Positions 37,801 through 63,249 of a stretch of DNA of 64,000 bases are shown here, piece by piece. Where the stretch lies: assembly GCA_002269645.1 (NCBI GenBank), contig NIVC01003887.1, forward strand, positions 1 to 64,000, in the 5' to 3' direction. This DNA is from Macrostomum lignano (Eukaryota). A model generated the notes under the pieces. The model did no database searches and was not told the DNA's origin. It saw only the letters and a list, made by a program, of their open reading frames with translations. Both the position numbers and the translations under genes were made by a program. Numbering within the stretch: position 1 is the first letter of the stretch; every line of letters starts with the position of its first letter.

Positions 37801-38328
37801 CTCTACCTGCACAGCGGGCAGCCGCCCGTGATCCACAGAGACATCAACTGCTCGAACATAATTGTTTGTGCTGACAACACGCGAATCAAGCTGATCGACT
37901 TGGGCCTGTCAATCAAGCTGGAGCTGTCAATCAGCCACATCTCAGCCTCCTCTCAATCGCTACCCAAAGGCACTCTGAACTTCATGGCGCCAGAGCTGCT
38001 CGGAGCGGGAGAGTCGGACAGCGTGCAGTACAGCAGAAAGTCGGACATCTGGGCGTTCGGCTGCTCGGTCTTCCAGATGGCCTCCGGCGCGAGGCCGTTC
38101 GCGAACGCCAAAAGCCTGTTAGAAATGGCCCAGCTGATCGACAGGAGGGGCGCCCCCGCCCTGCCAGACGGCCGGTCCGCAGAGCTGAGGGATTTCTACA
38201 GCCGCTGCACCACTAAAGACTACCGGAAGAGAAGCTCAGCACAGGAGCTGCTGAAGCACGAGTTCCTGACGGGAGGGAAGCGTATGCGGAAGGATTTTCC
38301 CTTTGCGCTTTTTGGCGATAGAAAATAA
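34806..38328 (+). CDS. Ankyrin-repeat Ser/Thr kinase, paralogue 3 (one apparent -1 frameshift at about 35866; DLG for DFG)
   Basis: Exons 34806-34880, 35655-36231, 36420-36474, 36548-37032, 37171-37203, 37290-37653, 37786-38328 have the same phases as the paralogues. ACTGAAAGT versus ACTGAAAAGT in copy 1. An in-frame 5' extension via exons at about 34500-34555 and 34756 onward is possible. Confidence 0.8.
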
Positions 38329-40724
38329 AACGAACCTTGTCAGTGCACTTTTTGAGGCTGACTTTCTCAGCTTGGCTTGCAATGTGTTTGACTTGAACTG
38401 GAAGCTTTAGCTATATTTGAATTTTTTGCCCTTCTCATTAAGACTTGTGCCTTGTACGGGCCTTATAGTTTCTTTTCATGTTGCTGTGGTTACCACAGTC
38501 TACTTGCTGACATTGTCTTTTTGTCATACAATTTTTTACTGTTGGTTTTCTTTGAAGAAAAATTCCAACTCAAATTTATGTTCTATGAACTTTTCATATA
38601 TGCCGCAATTAATTTCACACTGAGCTTTCATAGCAATCAAAAAAGAAAGATTTTTGGTGGCTATTGGCTTGTACAATTAAGATGAAAAATGGCACCAGGT
38701 AGCGAGAATGTGAGTGCGAGTGTGAATGGTATATGAATGCCAGCTATCTTAGAGCCTTTATTCGCCTTTAAGCCCTACTGTTACTCTGCTCCTATTTTTA
38801 GACACATTTGTTGACAGGGCATCGCTACTGTTTTTGTTTTTGTTATCTGCTGAGTCACAAAAGTATATTCGAAAAACACGTGATGAACTCAAGCGAGGAG
38901 GCCATTGCGCACAGGTGTCACCCCCAGGAAGGCGTAGCAGCCAATTTGATATACAAACTATACCATGGAATGGAGCGTTAACTAACTTGCTTTTCTCATT
39001 TTTACTCCAGCTGCTCCGTTTTGTTACGATTCTTCCAACTCGAACGTACTGAAACGCGTTGCTTTACCTCTGCTCGGGGATCGGAAATCGGGGGTATTGC
39101 AACAGTGTACGCCCTTCATTGTCTTTACGCTTTTCTTTGACTAAACGTTTAGCCATAGCCCTCTCGACCAACGTGCACTAGCACTGGCCCCTCCAACGAT
39201 TGCGTACATTACAGCCGCACGTCGGCTGTGACAATATACTTGTTGAAAGTCCACTGAGTTCATTGAAATTCAGAGTTAATTAATTTCACGGCAACGGACT
39301 CTGGCACGAGCGGCGATAAGATGCGAGTTACATCACGAGTCAGAGAATGAAACTGTACGCTGGGAAGAGGTGACAGTTTGAGATTATTCTGAAGATGCAG
39401 CCATTTTCATAAATTCAGGTTACAGCTCTTGTCATCAGTTTTCAATAAGCTAAAATAGTCAGAAACTGTCAAAATCCTTTACAGAGATACAAACAGCTTA
39501 CTTTTAATAAGATGAACAGCAAAAGTTTGACTCTGAGCTTATTGTAAACACCAGAAATTTGCGGCAGAACCACTGCTGCACCGACAGTGAGGCTTTTCCG
39601 GTGGGCCACTGCAAGCAGCCAGGCTGTGTTTGGCACCCGACTTGTTCGTTGTGTTTTGCAGAGCACTGCTGATCTCTATCTGGTAGCGCCAGCTTCGGAT
39701 CTTTATTTATAGCGTCAACTGTGAAGTGTGAACTGTTAATTCAAAATGTAAACAGTAAAGACCAAGTATTGGGTTACTGGGTCATATGAAAATTCCATTT
39801 TACTTACAATCAACATTGGGACGATAATTGCATAAATATAAAGCTACATAAGAAACAAAAAAATAAATCTCAAATCTCGTTTTCGGGTGATGCAGTTGCA
39901 TCGAGTCGATACGAGCCTACGTTGGAGACCGCCTGCCGACTCCTCAGTGATGCTGTCCCAATCCAGTAGCCATTCGCTCTTAGTTAGAGGAACCTCCAGC
40001 AGCAAAGCGAACTTACCATTGGCTTCCTTGATTACCTGAACATAGAGTATGCTATGTATTCACATAGAGATTTTGATATGGCCAGTAGGAATTTTCCGTT
40101 GTGCCTCAGTGAACTCATTCTCTTTATCTGGTTTTGACAGTTTCGCAGCATCGCCATAATTGAGAACTACTATTGTGAAGTTAAAGCTTAGTCCCGTATA
40201 TCAGGTATGGAATCAATTAATAAATGACATTTGATTGGTTTTCGAATTCCAGAACCGCCGCAAATATAGCAGAACATAGCGTGCCTTCCTAGATGAAACT
40301 CCAAACAATGTTGTTTATTCTATCGATTTTTTAAGTATGAATATTCAAATTGTCATTTCTGAAGCTGATTTGGTGCTCAGGTCGCTGTACTTGTTTGCTC
40401 AATCGAAAGGATATTTATCTACATATGTTGCACCACGTAGAATTTTCACAAAGTCAGTGTGATACAAGCACAGTAAGTAAGCAATCATACAAGAGTTGTA
40501 CAGTCTCGCAAAACCACAGACTGCCAATAGCCGCAAAGTCAATTAAGTCCTCGTGCATATCCACGCTCAGAAATCTTTACCAAAAAGAGCATTTCGGCTT
40601 CCTAGTTACCGGACCAGGACCGGATGTTGCAGTTTAAAATATATTTCAGAACCCTGGCAACCCTGGCAGAAAGTCTTCGTTGTTTGCTATTGCACCATGT
40701 CTAAACTAATGTCTAAAGCCTTCA

Positions 40725-41541
40725 TCAAGTTGACATCTTTGTTGTGTAGAATTTGTGGCCGCACCGAAATTCAGATGCTGCCACGCAGAAAAACATCATC
40801 CAGTGATTGTCGGCTGTTTCGCCATCTTGGATCTCGCAGAAGTGGCTCAGCTCGCGTCTTCGATGACTCGTTGAATTCCAGAAGGACTTGAAAGCTTCAG
40901 TAGCAACTTTATCTGAAGCCAGACCGACAAAGTTGATGAGGTTCGGCTTGGAGTTGTTGTACAGCGGTGGCGCCAGAGCAGTTAGCGGGATTTGTATGAA
41001 TTCCCCAACACTGCTAATGTTATAAACTTGCGAACTGATGGGTTTCAGTTTCACTGGGGCCAGATTAAACATATAGAATGAGCGGTATTTTTTTGCAAAA
41101 CCTGTAGACATTCGCTCTCCAATGTGCAATTCTCGATAGAGTACAGAGCGCACCAAAACCAACCTGTTGAGTTGATTCGTTCAGCTTCATTTCGCGATAC
41201 TCTCTCAGAATGGGCTCGTAAATTTTCTGAAGATTTAGAAGCAAACCGGAACTAGAACCATGTTGGAACTAGAGCTATTCTCGAGCTGTTCGGGAGTTGG
41301 CAAAACAGGTGTACATGGCACATCAAGCTAAAGAGCCGTGCATAGCTTGATTGCGGAACTTCCAAATAGTGAGTGGAACTTCCTTCAGTTTTAGGTTCCT
41401 TCTAGTTTGTTTCTGTTTGAGATTCTGGAAACTTTGAGTTACCTGTCGTTCAACAGACAGGTCCCCTCTAGAAACTTGCAAAAATTATCGAACATTTTGC
41501 GCGTATTGCCACTTGGAAAAACGTTAACTTTCGTAGCTAAC
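40725..41541 (-). CDS. Candidate exons of an unidentified gene
   Basis: A 99-nt open exon 41541-41443 (AG...GTAACT) joins in phase 2 to an acceptor at 41163 that opens the 145-codon ORF. No recognisable domain. Confidence 0.3.
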
Positions 41542-43287
41542 CTAGCTACTTAGCTTGTCTCATATGAGTAGTATAGAAGGAATTCGAGGCAGCAGAAAAG
41601 GATATTTTTACAGAGATTATTTCAAACTTGCAGGAAAAGTTAGAAATTATTAAAAAAATAGCTGTTAAGACGATATTATATGCTAAAATATCGCATTAGC
41701 TCGTAAGCAGTTTTTCATCATAGCTCACCTGTCTGACTCCAGTGGAATTTGATAGCGCTAAGTCCGTGCGATCGCATCAGTTAAATCCGGCTCATTTTAT
41801 AGCTAGCTGAGTCAACTCTGCAGTCCCTGCAATTGTCTGAACATATGCTTCATTAATAAAACAATAATATCTACCTACGGGCAGCAAGGGTTCTGCAGTC
41901 AGCATGTCTAGGCACATTCCATTTGCGTAATCCGTTAGCAACTAAGCACACAAGCTAAGGTCTTGCGCGACAGATGTGACCTCCGTCCACGCCGGTCCAG
42001 CTGGCAGGCTTAACCCAGTTTTGCATAACCTGCCGCACTGAACCTACCCAGACCGTTTGTCTGTCTGCTTGCCTGTCCGTCTGAAAGTTGTTTTTGTACA
42101 GCGTAAGGTTATTTAGTTTCTAGTGAGCGACGCACTACTAGAGTGACCTGATGCTTTCAGCGCGCCCTGCTTTGAACTTTGCTTGTTCAAACGTGAGAAG
42201 GCTTAATTAGCGCGTGTATCAATACGCGCAATATCAGTCTAACCAGGATTGAATATGTAAAAGTACAATGACTTCTCAAGCCGCAAGGTCGGTGTACTAT
42301 CGTACGAATCGTAAAATTTATACTTGGCGAAACGTTTGTCTCGGAAACCTACTTCCCTCCATATTTCTTTGAAGACTGGAAGAAAACTTTGCGCAGATAC
42401 TGGTACATGGTATTCGTATTGTCATTATTGAAGATTTTTAATTGATAATGGAATTCTACTAATAACAGTACTATGTAAATTACTACTCCGAACTCGGAAT
42501 TGTAATCTTAACCTATAACATTGATTGTACACACTGGTGCACAATGACTGAAAAGCATCCTGGCACTTTCTAATAAGCAGCTATGCTGCAGCAGTGCTTC
42601 ACAGAAGACACTTGACATGGAAACAGCATAAATCGAAGCTTTTGGGAAGCAAAAGAGATAAAAAACAGAGCGGTCAGTTTCCACAGTCTCGCAGCGAATC
42701 CTAAATTGAGCTCGCGGACTCGAAAGTTCGGCAAGAGCCGAAATCTTCGACTTGAGCCACTTAAACACGAGCCCTGCAACTAAAGACTTCCGTCACCTCT
42801 TCAGTTGGCTAGCACTGCCGCTCCGGAGCGTGAAGTGGCTTGCTGAAACGGGTTAGAAGGCCCTGAAGGTCGCAGAAAGTTTCGGCGTACGTGTGACGTT
42901 TAAAACAGTACTAAGGGTACGAACCGGTGTTTATCTTAACTACGAGCTAACTTTAAAGTTGTGATGCTACTTTGAGTAAAAAATTAAGTCTGTGACATAA
43001 AAACGTTGGCCGCTATTACTTTTAATAGTGATTGAGAGTTCAGGATTTCATTTCCAAAGTCTTCGACTGCCTGAGCTCTCTGATTGGCTGAGGCCTCTGA
43101 ATGTTTAGACCGACCAAATCCAGTGTATTAATACAAAAGAATCACCTACTGCTGGACCCGCGATTGAGGAATTCAAGCGCCCATCTTTCTGAGGAAAATT
43201 CTCATACCTCATCATCAAATCACTCCAAAGGAAGTGAATCGACAAGTGTTAAAGACTTTTCCAGCAGATCCACACGCTGCTGTCTTC

Positions 43288-57752
<14,465 letters not shown>

Positions 57753-57860
57753 GTTTGTACTTTATACGCTTGTAGTGTGCTCGCAATTAATGTCCTAAGT
57801 TTTAAATCTACAGCAGTTAATAGAACTAACTGATTAATCAATGAACTATGCAACAGTGAT

Positions 57861-58070
57861 AGTAGTAGGGGAAATGTGGACTCTGCCGCAGGAATTTCCG
57901 TGGGAAAACCACGGGGCTATAGTGTGTAAACATAGCGCCTATGTAAATGCATTGGTGGACTCTGCCGCAGGGAAAGCCATGGAAATTCCATGGGGCCTTA
58001 GTGAGAGAACATAGGCCTATGTTTTTCTATTGCTGTATGTCTGCTGCAGTGGTTTAGTCTATATAAGGAC
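57861..58070 (+). repeat. Probable left terminal inverted repeat with two 79-bp-spaced subrepeats and a TATA box
   Basis: AGTAGTAG start; TGGACTCTGCCGCAGG at 57877 and 57956; internal palindromes; CTATATAAG at about 58060. The partner TIR is outside the window, so the extent is unknown. Confidence 0.65.
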
Positions 58071-58144
58071 CAAAAAATCTCTTTGATTCATGAAAAAACG
58101 ATTTTTTTTTCGACGAGATAGTTTATTCTGTTAGATTTTAAGTC

Positions 58145-58912
58145 ATGGACATCGGCGAAGGATATAAACTCCAAATACAGGAGTATGAAGGAGTTATGTT
58201 CATTGCTATCAGAAAATTTTACCGACATGGCAGCACTGCGAGTTTGAAACCTGGAGTCCCCGGCTTCAATTTGAACATCCGTCAGTGGGAGAAGCTCAAG
58301 GAGTTGAAGCGATCGCTTGTCAAGGCGGCCTTGGACAAACAGCCAAAGGTTGTCAAACTCGGCTTCGATAAGTTCATCGAAGTGAAAAACGGCATTATCT
58401 GGTTAAAGCGATTGCCGGAGGACTGCTGCGACGAGTTTCTTAAGCGGAACACCGTGCTGCTGACACCGCCGCTGTGGCGAAAGCTGTGGCAGTACGCGGA
58501 TTGGATCGACGAGCAGCTATCGGCTCCACGTGAGATTTCCGATGTATACGAGCTGGAGTCGGGATCTTCCTCCAACAGCATCGAAAATGAAGACGGTGCT
58601 GGCGAAAACGCGGAAGAGACCAAGCCGGTAGTGAAGGCGGAGGACGATGCTCCTGCTGCTGCTGGCGATGTGGCTGGCATGCCATCCAATCTGCAAATCG
58701 ACACAGCGTTTGCCACTTCAACGCCTCTGCAACTGACCAAGCCAGCAGCTGGAGCGATTCCTCGGCAGGACACTGATCTGCAAGAGGACCCAGTCTGGTA
58801 CCAGTTCCGAGCTCAAGCAGCCGCCGCTGAGAACGCCAGGAAACGCAAGCAGCCGCCGTTCGCTCTGCGCAGATTGGACGCCATGAAGCTGCCCAGGCCG
58901 TGCTTCGACTGA
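58145..58912 (+). CDS. PC4/Sub1-like ssDNA-binding domain protein with acidic tail, 255 aa
   Basis: IGEGYKLQIQEYEGVMFIAIRKFY...LKPGVPGFNLNIRQWEKLKE matches the PC4 pattern. A second degenerate copy (KLGFDKFIEVK...LLTPPLWRKL) follows. Confidence 0.7.
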   Translation: MDIGEGYKLQIQEYEGVMFIAIRKFYRHGSTASLKPGVPGFNLNIRQWEKLKELKRSLVKAALDKQPKVVKLGFDKFIEVKNGIIWLKRLPEDCCDEFLKRNTVLLTPPLWRKLWQYADWIDEQLSAPREISDVYELESGSSSNSIENEDGAGENAEETKPVVKAEDDAPAAAGDVAGMPSNLQIDTAFATSTPLQLTKPAAGAIPRQDTDLQEDPVWYQFRAQAAAAENARKRKQPPFALRRLDAMKLPRPCFD

Positions 58913-59076
58913 TTGCAGACCCTCTGACATTGAGACAAACTCTGTGCTACGAGCTTTTTATCCAGACCTGCTTTCCATCTCTTTGTTTGAAAATAAAAAA
59001 TATATGCTTGCTTTCACATGCGCTATACATTTTCAATGTCTTAAGAAAACCTAAAAATGTTTCTTTGTTTCTGAAA

Positions 59077-60143
59077 ATGGAAAAAATTTATTTCAATCCA
59101 AATCAGCCTGCGAGCTATTGCAGTTCTTCAAAACTGCAACATGAACTGCGAAAAAGAGGCGAGCATATTGGAGTCAAGAGCATTGAGCAGTGGCTAAGTC
59201 AGCAGCCAGTACACACTCTGCATAAGCCAGCTAGAGTACGATTTCCAAGGGCGCCAATAATAGTGAGGGCCATTGATGATCAGTGGGAGATGGATCTGGT
59301 GGAAATGATTCCGTTTGCAAAGTATAATCGCGGGCATAAATACATTCTCACCTGCATTGATGTTTTATCTAAATTTGCAATGGCCGAGCACTGAAGTCTA
59401 AGAGCGCGGCAGAAGTGAAATCTGCGTTTGAGAGCATGCTGAAGAGCTCAAAGCGGCAGCCGCGGACTGTCCGCACAGATCAGGGAAAGGAGTTTGTCAA
59501 CGCAATTTTTCGCCAGTTCTGCATAGACCGGGGGATTCTGGCGTTTCCAACTAGCAGTGAGCACAAAGCAGCCATAATTGAAAGATGGAATCGAACTTTA
59601 AAAAGCAAGATGTGGCGTTACTTTACTCACAACAGCACTCTACAATGGCTTGATGTGCTGCCTAAACTGGTCAAGTCCTATAACAATACTTTCCACAGAA
59701 GCATCAAGACTACACCAATGAATGTCAGCAAAGCAAACGAGACTGAAGTGTGGATGAACCTTTATGATGGGAAAGCGATTGAGACAGTTGAGAAACTGAG
59801 AAAACCGAAGTTCTGTGAAAACCAATCAGTGCGGATTTCCAATGCACCCAGACTCTTCAGGAAGGGATACAAGGCGAACTGGAGCGAAGAGGTGTACACC
59901 ATAGTGTCTAGGGCACCAAAGCATTATCCCTACATGTACAGGATTCGAGACATGAAGGGGGAAGACATAAGAGGCCTCTTCCACGAGCATGAGCTGCAAG
60001 CTGTTCCGGACTCGCAGCGGCTGTATGTAATCGAGAAGGTTCTGAAGACTGAGAAGCGGAAGGGTAAGATCCGATATCTCGTCAAGTGGGCCGGCTACAA
60101 GTCCACTGACTGGGTGGATGAGAAGGACTTAAGAAAAGTGTAA
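59077..60143 (+). CDS. Retroviral-type (c-)integrase with C-terminal chromodomain; one -1 frameshift at about 59389
   Basis: QWEMDLVEM, YILTCIDVLSKFA, RTDQGKEF, IERWNRTLK, YNNTFHRSIKTTP, FRKGYKANWSEEVY, chromodomain IEKVL...YLVKWAGY...WV. Adding one C gives AEPLKSKSAAEV. Confidence 0.92.
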
Positions 60144-60173
60144 GATACCGACATTGTGCAGCCATTCCCAACT

Positions 60174-60983
60174 ATGAGAAGCATCATCATTTGTAGCGAA
60201 AATGCTGAAGGTACTCCTAGTGACTTTCATTTTCACCTGCCTTCATCTATTTACTTGGATCGAAATGTGGACTATGAGGCAGGTCTGGCTGAAATCCATC
60301 TGCCTGCTGCATGGTTCAATGTTGACGAGCCTTACTGCTTCACTGTCTCAGATGGAAGAGAGCATGAGGCCCTGGTTCTTCAACCCGGACGCTTTGCTAG
60401 AGTGGAGGAACTGGTGGAACGCCTGAATGAGCTGCTGGCCAACTCTGAGTCACTGTTCTTCGATGCAATGAGCGAAAGGGAGTCTGAAATGGAAGCTGAT
60501 GAGTCCGGTTTAATGGGGCAGAGCAGCGCTAGAGATATTGGCATAAAGTTTGAAATCCAAGAGTTGAGAACAGTAGTGCTCAACAACACGGCTCGAGCAG
60601 AATTGTTCCTTCCATCAAGTAAAATTCTGCAGTGGCTGGGATTCGGAAACCAGCCTGTGAAGATCCCACCCGGACGGCAAGTGTCACTCTGCTGCATCGG
60701 TTGTCCGCCCACCAACCTGATCAACTTGCACTGCAGCATTGTGGAGCGAACAAACTGTAACTGGAACTCCGTGCTGCGAACTGTGAGCATGTCATCCGAT
60801 GTCGAATGGGGCAGCTACATGAGCAAAGTGTTTAAGAAAGCAATTTTCTTCCCGATTCAGAAAGCTAATTTTCTATATGGCATTAGATTTCAACTGCGTG
60901 ACATCTTTGGCTACTCACTGACTGCTCGGAGCAGCAGCCCTGTTCTGCTCACAGTTCATATTCGGGAAAGGCTAATACAATGA
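60174..60983 (+). CDS. Minor capsid (penton-like) protein
   Basis: N-terminal SDFHFHLPSSIYL...YEAGLAEIHLP..W.N and C-terminal LHCSIVE...LRTV...F....FFPI...I.FQLRD..G...LTVHIR motifs typical of the Polinton minor capsid protein. Confidence 0.8.
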   Translation: MRSIIICSENAEGTPSDFHFHLPSSIYLDRNVDYEAGLAEIHLPAAWFNVDEPYCFTVSDGREHEALVLQPGRFARVEELVERLNELLANSESLFFDAMSERESEMEADESGLMGQSSARDIGIKFEIQELRTVVLNNTARAELFLPSSKILQWLGFGNQPVKIPPGRQVSLCCIGCPPTNLINLHCSIVERTNCNWNSVLRTVSMSSDVEWGSYMSKVFKKAIFFPIQKANFLYGIRFQLRDIFGYSLTARSSSPVLLTVHIRERLIQ

Positions 60984-61390
60984 ACTACCAACAGCTGATT
61001 CGTCAGTATTCAGGGACTCTGGCAGGAAGCCAAAAGCCGGCGCTCTATGGCTGTGGGAGTTTTCCAGGAATCATGACTTACCAGCCTCCTCCAGAAGCTT
61101 CCACAAAGTCAATATCGCTATCAAAGCCAGCCCATACCACCGCCAGCGGTAGCAGCAGCAACAGCAGAAGCAATAGAAACAGACCAAAGCAGCGACTAGT
61201 CAAACAGGGCAGTAAGAAGCAGACAAAAAAGAAGAAAAAGAGTAAGACGGAGAAATCACCGAAAAGAAGCCAGTCAGGGCGAAATAAACCTAAGAAAGGG
61301 AGGTCTAAAACTCAAAGCAAGAAAACAGGCAAAGGAAAGCAAAAAGTGAGCAAAAAGACTGTGAAACGTGTTCTGGACTCGCTCTCATAG
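60980..61390 (+). CDS. Small basic putative core protein, 136 aa
   Basis: ATGA overlap with the penton gene; K/R-rich C-terminal half; LYGCG fits the adenain cleavage consensus; lies between the minor and major capsid genes. Confidence 0.65.
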   Translation: MNYQQLIRQYSGTLAGSQKPALYGCGSFPGIMTYQPPPEASTKSISLSKPAHTTASGSSSNSRSNRNRPKQRLVKQGSKKQTKKKKKSKTEKSPKRSQSGRNKPKKGRSKTQSKKTGKGKQKVSKKTVKRVLDSLS

Positions 61391-61392
61391 CA

Positions 61393-62674
61393 ATGGCTTA
61401 CGGATTCAACCCGAGACTCGATTTGTTCAAGTCCCCCATGCTGCAGACTGCCATTGAAAAATCCACATATGTTGATATTCACCCCGTGAACTCTATTGTA
61501 CTAACTCACCTATTGAATTCGACTGTCATCCATCGGCTGATGAGTACACTGATCTGCTGAGCTCATTCCTGTATATTCGCTGTCGCCTAGTCCGGCTTGG
61601 CGGGGCTTTGATGAGGGAGGAGGTTCGAAATGCCGATGGAGTTGTCACTGAGCGCAGAGACAGTGGGGTGCACCCAGAAAACTTTGTCCTGTCTACGGCA
61701 TTCTCAGATGTAATCGTGAGCATCAACCAGCGCATTGTCTCAGGCGGAGACCAGCTCTACCCCTACCATGCCTACCTAAAAGCTCTCATGGGCTCATCCG
61801 ATGCTCAGCAGTTAAAGTTCTACCCCGCCGGATTCCTGGAACCCGAAACTGCTGCTGAGGGGCATGTCGAGAGACACAGGGAGTCCCGCTGGGTGGAGTA
61901 TGCGGGACCGCTGCTCAGCGACATCTTCCAGTGTCCTGTTCTGCTGCTGAACAATTTACACCTGCACATCAAGCTGATGCCCAGCGATACTGCATTCGCC
62001 ATCGAACCCCAGATGAGAACAACACAGCCTACCGAATGGAAATCTCCCACTGCATTCTGAACCTGCGCCGAGTCAAAGTGGCGCCTCACATCAGCCTGGC
62101 GCATGAGCAGGGACTTACCAATCAGAACGCACTTTACCCCATCGAGCGAACCGAAATGCAAAACTTTATTCTACCCCAGGGAATTCAGTCAAAAAACATT
62201 GAAGGATTCACCCATGGCAAACTGCCGAAGTTCGTTATGCTGGTCTTCGTGAACCACCGAGCCTTCAATGGCCATCACCATTCCAGCCCCTTCGAGTTCC
62301 AGAGCTTCAACCTCAGCCAGCTAGCACTAAAGAAAGGTGGTGAAGCCATGTGCCACGCTGCATTTGCACCTGAGAATAATTCATTCGTGAGAGAGTACTT
62401 GCACTACCTGAAAAGCTGTCAGTCAGCCAGCCCTAGCAACTCGGTTCCGTGGGTCCCCTACCAGTTGTTCTCCAACGGCAACACAGCTTTCGCATTCGAT
62501 CTCACGCCTGAGGGAGCGGCCCTGTGGTACGGACAGAAGGAGGGCAATTTGCGGCTGGAGATTCGCTTCCGACAGGCCCTGGAGGAGCCTGTATCTCTGA
62601 TTGTTATGTGCCTGTATGACTCACTGATTGAGGTCACCAAGCACAGGGAGATTCTGTTAGATTTTCCATCCTAG
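61393..62674 (+). CDS. Major capsid (double jelly-roll) protein; two -1 frameshifts at about 61499 and 62008
   Basis: LDLFKSPMLQTAIE, PIEF...EYTDL, YPYHAYL, GPLLSDIFQ...LLNN, SPFEFQSFN, FSNGNTAFAFDLTP, GNLRLEIRF...L are Polinton MCP motifs across three frames. Confidence 0.9.
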
Positions 62675-62697
62675 GAGTACGCTGGCGCAACGCTAAT

Positions 62698-63216
62698 ATG
62701 GATGCTTTTCAACTGCTTAAACTGGCTAAAAGCTTTTTGCCACAAAATAACTGTTTAATTATTGTCTTGAATTCAATAAATAAAACATCTTATGCTTTAA
62801 ACTTTATTCAGCGAGCAACTCTCAAAAGAAATTTATCTCGATGTAAGTTGATTTTCTTTCTGCTTCAGTACAGCTCATCCTTCGGTCACTGGGTGGTTTG
62901 TTATGCTGATAAGGAGAATACCATAGAACTCTTTAACTCTCTGGGCTGGGACTCCAGCACTTTAGAGATCATTCACAGAGCACTGAAATCCTTTTGGTAT
63001 TCTCCATTCTACTTACGTAGCAATGTGAATCGAATTCAGAGCTGTGACTCTGCTAAATGCGGTTTGTTCTGTCTCTTGTTTGCCTATCAAAAGTTTCGTT
63101 TCAAGCGCTCGTTTGAGTGGGTTCTGCGGCACCTCCATGCAAATCAGCAGAGCCACTTGAATGAGAGAATGCTGCAAAGGTTTGAGAGTTGCTTAAGAAA
63201 AAAGAAATTTAATTAG
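62698..63216 (+). CDS. Adenain-like cysteine maturation protease
   Basis: GHWV, FNSLG, IQS...CGLFC, i.e. His, Asn (usually Asp/Glu), Gln and Cys in adenain spacing. Confidence 0.85.
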   Translation: MDAFQLLKLAKSFLPQNNCLIIVLNSINKTSYALNFIQRATLKRNLSRCKLIFFLLQYSSSFGHWVVCYADKENTIELFNSLGWDSSTLEIIHRALKSFWYSPFYLRSNVNRIQSCDSAKCGLFCLLFAYQKFRFKRSFEWVLRHLHANQQSHLNERMLQRFESCLRKKKFN

Positions 63217-63249
63217 ACTTTCAAAATTAGGGATTTAGCTCAACAGGCG

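Noticed and set aside
39080-39115. U2 snRNA-like fragment (GGTATTGCA)
   Set aside because: Only a short motif matches; there is no Sm site or 5' branch-point-pairing region.
62745-62870. Introns within the viral protease gene
   Set aside because: Splice-like motifs exist (TTCAG, GTAAGT...TTCAG), but the candidate intron is only 26 nt and the ORF is open with plausible adenain spacing.
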